Below are positions 52,530 through 64,000 of a stretch of DNA of 64,000 nt, in pieces (position 1 is the first letter of the stretch; the number at the start of each line of letters is the position of its first letter). The position numbers and the translations under genes are program-made. The stretch is taken from assembly GCA_037379345.1 (NCBI GenBank), contig CM074522.1:14074001-14138000 (forward strand). Direction: 5' to 3'. The notes below the pieces were generated by a model. That model was not told the DNA's origin. It made no database searches and saw only the letters and a list, made by a program, of their open reading frames with translations. This stretch comes from Perna viridis. Its lineage: Eukaryota.

Positions 52530-55500
52530 CATGTATATAGCTGTCAGAGACCTTTGTTCTTCTACCACCTGTCACTAATATGAAGCCGAGACCCTGCCAC
52601 TACTATAAATCCTGTCAGAGACCCAGTCTGTACTATTCCCAGTCACTACTATATAGCTTATGTCAGTAGCATGGCTATACCACTGTCTAACACTTCTATA
52701 TATCATGTCAGGGACCCTGGCTACACCACTGCCTAACACTTCTATAAATCATGTCAGAAACCCTGGCTACACCACTGCCTAATACTTCTATATATCATGT
52801 CAGGGACCCTGGCTATACCACTGTCTAACACTTCTATATATCATGTCAGGGACCCTGGCTACACCACTGCCTAACACTTCTATAAATCATGTCAGAAACC
52901 CTGGCTACACCAATGCCTAACACTTCTATAAATCATGTCAGAAACCCTGGCTACACCACTGCCTAATACTTCTATATATCATGTCAGGGACTCTGGCTAT
53001 ACCACTGTCGAACACGTCTATATATCATGTCAGAGATCCTGGCTATACCACTGTCTAACACTTCTATATATCATGTCAGGGACCCTGGCTATACCACTGT
53101 CGAACACGTCTATACATCATGTCAGAGATCCTGGCTATACCACTGTCTAATACTTCTATATATCATGTCAGGGACCCTGGCTACACCACTGCCTAACACT
53201 TCTATAAATCATGTCAGAAACCCTGGCTACACCACTGCCTAACACTTCTATAAATCATGCCAGAAACCCTGGCTACACCACAGCCTAATACTTCTATATA
53301 TCATGTCAGGGACCCTGGCTATACCACTGTCGAACACGTCTATATACATGTATCATGTCAGAAACCTGGTTATACCACTGTCTTACACTTCTATATATCA
53401 TGTCAGAAACCCTGGTTATACTACTATCTTGCACTTCTTTATATCATTTCAGAGACCGTGGCTGTACCACTGTCTTACTGTTATATATATATATCATATT
53501 AGAGACCATGTCTTTACCACTGTCTTACCGTTATATATATCATGTTAGAGACCATGTCTTTACCACTGTCTAACACTTATATGTAGATGTATCATGTCAG
53601 AGATCCAGGCTATACCACATACCGCTGTCTAACACTTCTATATATCATGTCAGAGACCCAGGCATTCCACTGTCTTACACTTCCATATATCATGTCAGAG
53701 ACCCAGGCTATACCACTTACCTTTGTTTAAACTTCTATATATCATGTCAGAGACCCAGGCTATACCACTGTCTTAAACTTCATATATCATGTCAGAAACA
53801 CTGGTTATACCACTGTCTTACACTTCTATATATTATGTCTGAGGCTCTGACTCTAGCACAATATAACCTGAGAGACCCTAGCTATACAACTGTCTGACGC
53901 TGCTATATAGTCTGTCAGAGATTAAGATTCTATATAGTCATATCAGACACCCTGACTGTACTACCGTCTTTCACTTCTATACTCGACGTACTATATAGCA
54001 TGTCAGAGACCCAAGCTATACTACCGTTTCTAACTAAAATACTCAATTTACTTTATAGCCTGTCGGAAAACCTGGCAATACCACCTTCTGACAATACTAT
54101 ATAGCCTATTGGAGACCCTGTCTTTAACATCGTCTGACGCTACCATGTAACTTGTCAGACACCCTCACTGTATTATCGTCTTTCACTACTATACAATGGA
54201 CTATACAGCCTATCAGGGACACAGGCTGTTCTACCGTCTGGCACTATTATATAGTATGTCAGAGACCCAGCCTGTAGTACCGTCTGACACTGGTAACCAG
54301 TCTGTCAGAGAACACTCAGACTGGCTATTCCACTGTCTGTCACTTCTATATAACCTTTCGAAGACAAAGATCGTACTACCATCTGATAGTACTTTATATA
54401 CATGTCAGACACCATGGTTGTACTACCGTCTGACGCTACTACATATATTTCTAAAAGCAAAGATTGTATTATCATCTGACTACTATATGGCCTATCAGAG
54501 ACTTTGGCTGTTCTACCATATGAAGCCAATACTCAATGTAATAAATAATATTTCAGGGACACAGGCTGTGCTACTATCTGAAACTACTATATAATATCAT
54601 AGCCCCTGGCTGTACAAAAAAGGTATAGCCTATCAGAAACACTGACTATACTACCATCTACCAGAGACCCTGGCTATTCAACTCTCTGTCACTACTATAT
54701 AACCTATCAGAGACCCTGGCTGTACATGTAACCGTCTGACACCATTTACACAGCATGTCAGAACAATGACTGTTCTACCGTCTGATTGTACATCCTTGTC
54801 AGACTTCAGCCTGTCAGAGACCCTGACTATTCTACCGTCTGACCCCACTTTACTACTACATAGCCTGTAGGGAATTTAGGCTGTACTTTCCTCTGATACT
54901 ACTATATAACCTACCAGAGACCCTGGATCTTCCTCTGACAATACACTATAATAAAGCATGACAAAGTCTCTCAATGCATCACTATCTGACAATCTTAAGT
55001 TACTGTATAACTAGCCAGAGACTCTGACTGCACTGCCATCTGACACTACTGTATAGCCTGGCAAAGTTACTGGCTGTACAACCGTCTGAAACATCTATAT
55101 ATCGTGTCAAAAATTTTGGCTGTACAACCTTCTGACACTATTATGATGCGCATGTCAGACCCCATCTGCACTGCCATCTGCCAATAAATAGCCCGGCAGA
55201 GTCCCTGGCTGTACAACCGTCTGATACTACAATGAGACATGTCAGAGACCCAGACTGTACTGCCATCTGACATATAGCATGGCAGAGCCCCTGGCTATAC
55301 AACCGTCTGACACTACTATATACCCTATCAAAGATTAAGGCTGTACAGCCGTCTGAGACTACTATATACCATGTCAAAGATATAGGCTATACAATCACCT
55401 GACACTTCTGTTAAACATGTGAGAGACTATTCTAGCGGAAATCAAAAGAACATAATCCTGATAGGGACAAAGACCAGACAGAGAAAATAGACACACATAA

Positions 55501-55950
55501 CAAAATACATAAAATATATAGCATGTCAGAGACCGTAGCTATGCTGTTTTCTTACACTCCATTACTTTAAAGCCTGCCAGACACTTAATTGAGCTGTACT
55601 GTCGTCTGACACTGCTATACTATATATTACCTGCCCGTGACCCAGCTATACTCCCATTCTGACACATCTACATAACTTGTCAGGCGCGGATCCAAGGACT
55701 GGCGTACCGGGCATACATCCCCCTTAAAAAAAATTCATTACTAGTTTCACCCCATAATATTTTTTGCCTTGCTTTGCACGGCATTTAATTCAATTAACGC
55801 CCCCCCCCCCAAATTCAAACCCTGGATCCGCCCCTGCTTGTGAGAAATCTTGGCGGTACTACTACCATTTGTCACTACTAAACTGACTGTACTATATATG
55901 TACTGTCCAGGACTCTGGCACTGTTATATAGCTTGTTTGAAACTCTGGAT
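52530..55950. repeat. 46-bp satellite array of about 3.4 kb; homogeneous at about 52670-53420 and degenerate towards the edges
   Basis: Unit TCATGTCAGRGACCCTGGCTAYACCACTGYCTAACACTTCTATAWA; accounts for all ORFs at 52935-55377. Confidence 0.93.
55681..55836. mobile_element. MITE with CAGG.GCGGATCCA terminal inverted repeats (TIRs) and a 5-bp target-site duplication (TSD); hAT5-like
   Basis: CAGGCGCGGATCCA...TGGATCCGCCCCTG flanked by CTTGT at 55676-55680 and 55837-55841. Confidence 0.75.
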
Positions 55951-56790
55951 GTATAATCATCATAAGTAATAAGCTTGTTGACATGTTGGATATGAACTAC
56001 CATCAAAAGCTGTTAAGTAGCACTCCAGCTAAGGATCATGCAAAATATGATTCATGGGTAAAAAGCCTACATATTTTTATTTTTGATATTTTGTTTTAAA
56101 TGTCATAGTAAACAGAAATTAACATGTGGTTTTTCATATAACCCGTGCTCTTAGGAGATAAAAATTATATAGAATGCACTGTAGATTTCAAAATTAAGGG
56201 AGATTACTCTGTAAATGACGCTCAAATACAATAGAACCTACTGAATTTTCAATGTTGATTATCTCTTAAGAGCAGGCAGATTTGAATGAATAATTACACA
56301 TTTCATAGTATAGACCCATAAAACAACCTTATTACAAAAATAAAAATATATAGCCTTTTTTGGTGGTGTATCACATTTTTCAGACTTTGCATGATTCTTA
56401 CAAAGACAGCTACTTAAATAGTATGTTAACGACACTTTTGTTTTGTTCATTACATCAATTTTGGCCTTTTCCGAATCTACAGTGTTGCTCGTATGTTTTT
56501 TCTTCCCGTTCGTTATTCTTGTTACTAGTATTTGGACGGTGCAACTATTTTCTTGTTTGCTTGTTTGTTTGTTGATTCTAAAGAGAATTACAAAATATCC
56601 GGGCACATTAAATTCTTCCCTAGTTACTTTTAATTATCCAATTGTTCAGTGGGAAATAGGGGGTTTGTGATGTATATTTAAGGGTGTACAAAAGAGGATT
56701 CGTCTAAGAGCGGTACAAATGTTGGTTCGAAATGGGAAATGGATGATAGGTAATATTAATCTATGACTTTGATCCTCACCACTTACATTA

Positions 56791-57267
56791 TCATTCAACC
56801 GTAAATTTCGAAATACCTCTATTTGTCCTTGTAATTGATCGTGGACGCCTTGCCATTGGTCCTACACCATAAATTTTGGCCGAAGACCTCAGTCGTGCAG
56901 TCGGGGAGGCATGCGCATTATATTGAGCCGGAGAACGTCGTCGTCGTCGTATATTAGCATCTTCAGCTCGAATTTTACTAATCATTGTTGGCATTCTTAG
57001 TCTTGCAAAGCCGACGTATCCTTTCATAAACCTCTTGATTTCTCTCCAGTTTGAGTTGGAGACAAGATTTGAATAGTCTTCTAAAAGGCTCGTTAGGTAA
57101 ATGGTATTGTCACTGTTTAAACTTAAACCGTCGTCATTCAACGATTCAACGCACGAGTTGTTATCATCTTCAATGTCGTCGCTGCTATCGAACGACAAGT
57201 CATTTTTAGCTTCAATAACTTTTATAACTTTGACTCCTTTGCTTTTCGAAGATGAACCATTTCCCAT
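56791..57267 (-). CDS. Uncharacterised 158-aa protein with an N-myristoylation-like start (MGNGSS), an acidic segment and an Arg-rich C-terminal part
   Basis: Longest ORF in the window, true ATG, not repeat-derived; bounded by a possible acceptor ATTTGCAG| (exon start 57282) and a donor T|GTAAGT (exon end 56787) just after TGA TAA. Confidence 0.6.
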   Translation of the reverse strand: MGNGSSSKSKGVKVIKVIEAKNDLSFDSSDDIEDDNNSCVESLNDDGLSLNSDNTIYLTSLLEDYSNLVSNSNWREIKRFMKGYVGFARLRMPTMISKIRAEDANIRRRRRSPAQYNAHASPTARLRSSAKIYGVGPMARRPRSITRTNRGISKFTVE

Positions 57268-58039
57268 ATCTCAGTAGAGCATCTGCAAATCAGTTGTACC
57301 ACATTTATATGGGCAGAACAATAGAAAACATGTTTTAAAATATATAACTGCGTTGGGTCCTGAAGGAAAACACACCCGAAGTTCACCAGTTAAGCTTTCT
57401 GAAGGGGTCTATACCTCATATTTTGTCAAAGAAGAGTGTACAGTGATTGCTATATATCTTTATAATTAAGTGAGTGTGAAATGATTTGAACATGCCACGT
57501 TTCCAAAATCTGCATTAAAAATGTCCATACCGAACTTTTGTAGACCAACTAAATCCTTAACGAATTAGAAATGCCGGTATCTAAAAGAATCCCTTGACAT
57601 GCTAAAAATCTGTATACAGCAGTCGTTGAATGAAGCACTTTTTAAGAACTGTGCGTTCTAACCTCTAGGGAAAGCCAACGAAGTACCCAGTTAAAAAGAG
57701 GGCTCGGGGCTTGATGTTTTTTCTCAGGGTACAGAAGTTTGTCGCGTAATAGTTCTCAGGTAATATAAATTGTGTTTTTGTGATATATTTGGTTTTTGTT
57801 ATATCGTGATTTATATATATAAAAAAAACTACTACATATGTCATAAAACTACAGAGACTAGTCATGTGCGACGTACATAAAATTTACTTTTCTTGATATT
57901 ACTTTTGAATACGCAATCAAGCAATTTCGGGAAAAAGCAAACAAACGTGAAAACAAATAACCATAGGAACAAATAATGTAGAAATTGAAGTTTATAGTCA
58001 CGGTTGCCAATGCAAACATAATATTCAAAACTGACTTAC

Positions 58040-58130
58040 CTGTCGAAAGTGATGCAAGGTGAAGTGGGGAGATTTAATGCTTGTGTTTACATACTAGTAG
58101 AGATATTGGACGATTCTAGCTTTAGTCTTC
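58040..58130 (-). other. Probable non-coding 5' UTR exon of the 158-aa gene (5' boundary uncertain)
   Basis: Consensus donor CAG|GTAAGT at 58040/58039, upstream of the acceptor at 57282. Confidence 0.35.
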
Positions 58131-59599
58131 CTGTTTTAAAACACGTTACTAATTTTTGAATCACCTTAGTACTTCAAAGTGTAATTTGTTGATATAGGAA
58201 ATTAATACAGGTATAAATGCAAACACACATTAAATCTTTACCATAATTTAGGATTAACTCTGCTTTATTTCAGCTTATGAATAGATTATTGTTCACTTGT
58301 ATGCCCCTTCTTTATGCATTAAAAATTCTGTTTGTACGAAAAAAAAACTGATGTTATTGATTTTGGTTCGTTTAAATCGATATTCAAATCTAATAAAGAA
58401 AAATGTATGTATGTGTTTCAATACACTTCAACTGTCAAGTCGGTTTAATTCTGATCCATATTCTTAGGGATGATTTTAATAGGCTACTGTGACTCCATTG
58501 AAATGAATCGGATGTTTAGCGGGTAGACTTTGTATCAATATTATTTATTTCTGCAGACGACACATGAATTTCCGAGGTCTGATGCATATCACTGATCTTG
58601 TTTGTTCCCATGGAAAAATACCATCAACCCAACCTAATGACTAGCTAGTTTGTTTGTGTTGATGTAGATACACTGTACCTAGAAATAGATTTATAATCAT
58701 ATTCCCGCAAGTCATTCCATATGAACGAAAGAGAGGCATGGGGCGGGTAATACAACACAAGAAGCACTTAGGCAGCAAGAATTTGACTTTCGGGTAGGGG
58801 GCTATAGATTTTTTTTCTGAGACTTACTTTTTTTTTACCTTGAACGAAAATAACTAGTATTTTTTTCAGTGCTAATAAAAAACAAATATTTTTTCCCCAT
58901 TTATTGAAAACAATCTTTTTTGCCATCTCACTACTGCATAGCATCTTTCACTCGACTGCATGATTAATTTTTTTTAAACAAACATTTTTTTATTTTACTC
59001 CACATTTCCAGAAATCAACTTACCTTCCAAAAAAATCCAGATGGTGGCACATATGGACACAAAACTCGGGCTTGATACAGCTCTGAATTGATTGGGAATA
59101 AATATTTGACACAAAATATACAACAATAAGAAGGAAGCTTACATTATTAAAAAAACCCAACCCATCCACTCCCACCCCAAAAAAAACCTAGACAAAGTGA
59201 TGCCCCCACACTCTATTTTAACACAGCTACTGCAAAATGTTTGGTTGTCTAAATTTAATTATGAGAAGATTGCTGTGTCTGAGAGACACATTTGATGCCC
59301 CCACATGTACTTTCTAACATATATAAAAGTAAATTTATTCTTACAAGCTTTAATTCTTTAGAATGGCGACAATTTTATGATCAGAGAAAGAAGCTGAACA
59401 AGTCCTGATTTGATAGCATTGGTCTACAGGAACAAACACTAAATCTAATGTTGATCTTCTCTTGTGTGTAGAAGGAGATATCTGTAATAGACAAGTACCC
59501 TATTCCTTCCAAATGGTGACAAAATTACTAAGTACAAATATCCAGGAAAATGTCAAATATTGATAGAAATGAAAACCTTGATAATATGCACATCTTCAA

Positions 59600-60090
59600 T
59601 CCATATGTAATTATTCTTAAAAGTACCAATTTCTAAATACTGTAGGAGGAGTTAAGCAGAATAACTATATACCCTGAATTTTGACTCAAGAAAACTTTGG
59701 TAGGACTTATCATTAGGATCATTTCAGCAATTGAAAGTTTCTCTCTATCATAGTTTTCATGATATTGGCTGAAAAAAAAAAAAAAAAAAATTCCACCATT
59801 CAAAGGCAATAACGCTTACAAGGAGTCGTCTGACAACTTTGATCCCAGAAGACTTTTGTAGGCCTTATAATAAGGATCATTTCTGTCATGTTCTATCGTT
59901 TAGTAACAGCAGCCATGATTTTTGATGGATCAAAGTCAGTTCTATGCAGGATACTCAAAGAAACATTCATGCCAAGTTTGATTCCAATTGGTCAAATATT
60001 GTCAGAGGAGAAGATTTTTTAAGGAAATAACATTAAAAATAGTAAAAAAAAACAACAAAAACGGCAATAACTCCAACATTGCATAACAAA
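59600..60090 (+). mobile_element. Partial copy of the same pearl/CvA-type family
   Basis: Shares the core TTAGTAACAGCAGCCATG...GATGGATCAAA...TGCAGGATAC...CAGAGGAGAAGATTTTT. Confidence 0.5.
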
Positions 60091-62947
60091 TTAAGACAGA
60101 TATATGCTAAAAACTACCACCTGAGCCAAAAATGATACCCAAAATGCATGTGACAAAAAAATCAGTTGTAATTGACTCAGTTGTTGAAGAAACACAGATA
60201 TCAAAAGATACTTTACAACTATTATGACAGATAGTGACAATAATCATTATGATAACAAAAACAACTAAACTTTTGATATGTTATATTTAATGCCTTTTCC
60301 ACTAAAACATGTGTATAACAAAAGCTAAAAGAGAACTAAAGAAGCACAGATCTGATAACATAAGCTTTGAAAATACATGTATAACTAAACTATAGGTGAT
60401 ATTCTTCTCTATTACAAATAAAAGATAACATGCTGCTAATACAATAGGTAACAAAACTGAAAAGGGAGGTAATTACCATGATATTTATCTAATCTGATTC
60501 CCTGTCTAAAGACAGAGTCACTGTTCAAACTGATATGGTTGATCAGTGGCACACAGGGGAGGGGGGTAGGTGGGGACAGTTTTATTAAAATTGGGTACAG
60601 GGGTGCAGCTGGAGCTGGAAAAACACCCCCCAATCATATATGTGTCCAACAAGAAAATCTGTCTCATTCAAATATTTTTCAGTGCAAAATACATACCCAT
60701 TCATATATTCTTCCACATCAATCTGAATTATGAGAAGATAAGAGAAGACACTAATTGAAGATTAATTGTTGATAATAGGAAGTTTGTCTTAGCAATAAAT
60801 TATACATTTAAATTGTAGAAATATGACCCATTGATATAGTACAGCCAAGAAATGACAACTCATTCCAGCGGCATGTCTGTATATACTGGTATAAAGGAAA
60901 CGATCCCCCATGTAGTGGCATAGCTAGTAATTATATTAAGAAAATTTGTGTTTCAACATTCGACCATCATATACCAATAAAATTTCATATACATCCCCCT
61001 TTTTCTAATTATTGACTTTCAATTATCTGGTATTATTCAGTCTACATCACTGTTGAACACTGGAAATTTAATTAATCAAAACAAATGTTGTCTTGTTAAA
61101 TTATTGTTATTTATGGCCTTTTTGATTATTTCCAAAAAAAATCCTTTTTGACTACAATAGATGAAAAGGCAAAGACAAAAAAATTAATAAAGTCATCAAA
61201 GTTTTTTCAATATCAACCAAAATATTTCAGGCAATCATTTGATAAGCAGTAAGACAAAATATTTCCCCACTGAAACTTGAAACAACCAATATGAACACTT
61301 CCCTTTACGTTCATCTCTTTTTTTTTACATATTGGTAAAACACTGTTTTTCTTTCTTGGCCTCAATACAATATATGGAAATCTTACCTCATTTAGAAAAA
61401 AAAACATGTCAAGCCAATTATAACACAACTCTAACTTCTGAAAGCAATATTCATAGTTCAACTGATGCTTCTAATTGAAAAAAATCTTGTCACTACAGTA
61501 AACATTAATGAGAATAGAATTAGGAACTTTGTTGCTGTAGTAAACAAGTCATTATCATGATTATGGTTAATATCAATCTGAGTTAATTTAAAAAAAAAAT
61601 AACTTACTCACAGGAATGTTTTAGAAATTAATTGGATAGCATTTTCACAGGCTTAACGGTTTATCTATTAAGATGATAGATTATTACATTTAATTTTCCA
61701 TACAGATACCCCATATTTCTCACTTTCAAGATAGGATCCTCAATTCATCCATGAGAAGAAAACTAATACTATCTTTAAAAGAAGATAGCCGATGCAGTAA
61801 AATTTGTTCTTCTTACTTATAATTTTCATCAGGAAATAACGCATGGCATGCAATTTCAATTTCCTTTTTCGAACCCAACTAAGTTATCAGTGTTTGGCCA
61901 ATTTGGAAACAGAATTTTGATCAGGTGACTTGCGTTTCCATGGAAGAGCATCTTTAAGGTCAAAGGGTAAAAAGCTAAACTATACCGACCGCCTTGGAAA
62001 AAAACTGGGAAATTAAAGTTGCCAAATTGATTAAAAGTTAAAAAAAAGAATAAAACATTACCAGAATATTTGACACTAGGAAATCTAATACACTCTCTGG
62101 TAAGATTTTAATGTATTTAGACTCTGCAAAGGCTCAATACCTATATGTCTCTGAGATTTCCATTCATGTACTCTCAGCAGTGTAAGATCATTAGACCGAG
62201 AGCTGTTCTTGAAAGCTGATATCTTATCTTCAAATATCAATTTAATGAAACTTTCTGAAAACAGAAAACCAAGGCAGAAACCCCCAAATCAGCAAATCAT
62301 TCAAAAGCATTTTGGATACTAGAGTATAACTTCTTTCAAATGAACCATTTTTTGATATTTTCAAATATATCCCCATTGCCAAGCCTGTTCCTCACAAATA
62401 ACTGTACTTGATATATCCAAGTATTACATTGATGAGTATCACAATTTTAATGGCTTCACAGATGGCTGACAAAGAGGGTTTTATTGAACAGCTCCATCAT
62501 ACCCACCATAATGTAGAATAATTTTTAACTGAAATATACATATTTTTCTCATTTCAAAGCACTTTGAACACAAGGTAAGCAGTTCATTTTAATAAAAATA
62601 CCAACAGCATATGATAGAAATGAAACCAATAATCTATGATCAATATAATTCCTACCAAAACTGTGTCAAAGTTAAAAGCATTTTAATAATGCATTAAAGC
62701 TACATGTATGTGATGCAAGATCAGAAAACAAATCTTGTAGAAACATCACGAGAACAAAATAGCTTATATTGTATGTTCCATTTACATTATGTAATTTGGT
62801 CACAGATGTAGATCAAAGATTTTTGAAAAAGGGTGGTTCCAGGCTATTAATTGCTAATTTTGCCTTAATTTTGCACAAAATTAAGAAAATTTTCAAATAG
62901 AGAGAGGGGGGGGGGCAAACCACCAGATCTCTCACCCAAAGAATCCC

Positions 62948-63285
62948 CAATAGACCTTTTTCATGTTCTTGACTTTGAATTCATATTTTAAGTTTTGAGC
63001 AAAGTGAAGAAACTTTCCAACTTGACAGACTGGTTTACTGTTCAATTGGAGCAATGGACAGCAGTAGACTTCAAATTTCAATATTTGATTTATCATAGTT
63101 GCTGTAAGTACTTGGATACTTCAAATACTTTATTTCATACCAATTAGCTACTTACTTAAGTGTAAATAATTTAAGTTGCAAAGAAATTTTTTTCCTGTTC
63201 TTCCTTTCTTCAATGAGACTGCCAACCAGGTTGTCAGAAGTCTGTTGATACGTCCCTTTGAAAAACTTGCTAAAATGGCTTGCAT
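62948..63285 (-). repeat. Dispersed repeat, inverted copy of 26570-26890
   Basis: Reverse-complement match to 26570-26890. Confidence 0.75.
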
Positions 63286-63396
63286 TTCATAAATATGAAA
63301 AAACAACTATTGGGTAATATTCTCTCTATATATAGACCTAAATTTCTTTAGTCAGAAACAAATCAATATACCCAGAGAAGTAACTCTTAAATATAG

Positions 63397-63618
63397 TAAG
63401 AGGGTAGACCTAGGGTAAGGGACATAACTCATGAAATCAGTGATATGTTTGTATCATATTCAATTTCACCAAAGCCTCTCAAGCTTTCGTTTGAAGCAGA
63501 ATAAAATGATAATAAAAAGTTAATTAGATGCTTACATAAGATTGATGTAAAATGCTAAATACAAACGTTTCAATGATTTTAAAGAGTTGTGTCCCTCACC
63601 CTAGGTCTACCTCCTTAA
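63397..63618. mobile_element. Non-autonomous DNA transposon with TTAA-type ends (Kolobok-like), copy 2
   Basis: Colinear and highly similar to 23041-23258, with the same TIRs. Confidence 0.8.
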
Positions 63619-64000
63619 TACATTCCATTTTTGTAAACATATTTCAGTCATACCAATAAAATTAAGTTTTTGAAAATTCATTTCATGGAGTACATGTGTA
63701 CCAAGAGTCATCATGTTAAGGTGATTCCATCTTATATGCAAACAAAGAAATGAGAAGTGCAGACAGAAAAACTACAAGTCTGCATTTGTTAGCAAGACAA
63801 TAAAATATATATAATTCTGTTAATGATATACATAACTTTCATTTATTTTCTCAAAATTAAATAAAAAGAAAAATTAATGTATCAACATTAAAGCTATATC
63901 AGTTGCTAGTTCTGCTATAAGATTGTGCCAAAGTGTCTTGGAGAACTTTAAAGACATATCTATTTTTCTGTAAATTGTTTGAGAACTCTCTCATTTCATA

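Noticed and set aside
52530-55950. CRISPR-like array or repeat-protein genes
   Set aside because: Head-to-tail units with no unique spacers, a unit length not divisible by 3, no cas genes, and a eukaryotic context. The same applies to the 58- and 43-bp arrays.
102-61461. Remaining 60-115 aa ORFs in the track
   Set aside because: Composition typical of translated AT-rich non-coding DNA, often non-ATG starts, and no splice or motif support.

Overview
AT-rich, repeat-dense eukaryotic (animal) genomic DNA with spliceosomal introns; the repeat families resemble those of bivalve molluscs (Mytilus-like; from memory, not verified). There are no prokaryotic operons, rRNA genes or CRISPR arrays, and most ORFs in the supplied track are spurious. 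The main feature is a minus-strand gene whose four GT-AG exons (43439-43299, 22705-22555, 20129-19926, 15069-14880) join in frame to give at least 228 aa: a basic N-terminus followed by an NlpC/P60 papain-like cysteine peptidase domain (GIPY...DCCG...GDLVF...HVEIW). The last exon(s) are unresolved. The window also holds a 158-aa orphan ORF with an N-myristoylation-like start (57267-56791, minus strand), a well-bounded exon with stops in all frames (49194-48890), a CpG-containing promoter/intergenic zone (about 43.4-52.4 kb and 56.4-58.8 kb), minisatellites with 75, 58, 43 and 46 bp units, and many MITE, SINE and Helentron-like repeats.
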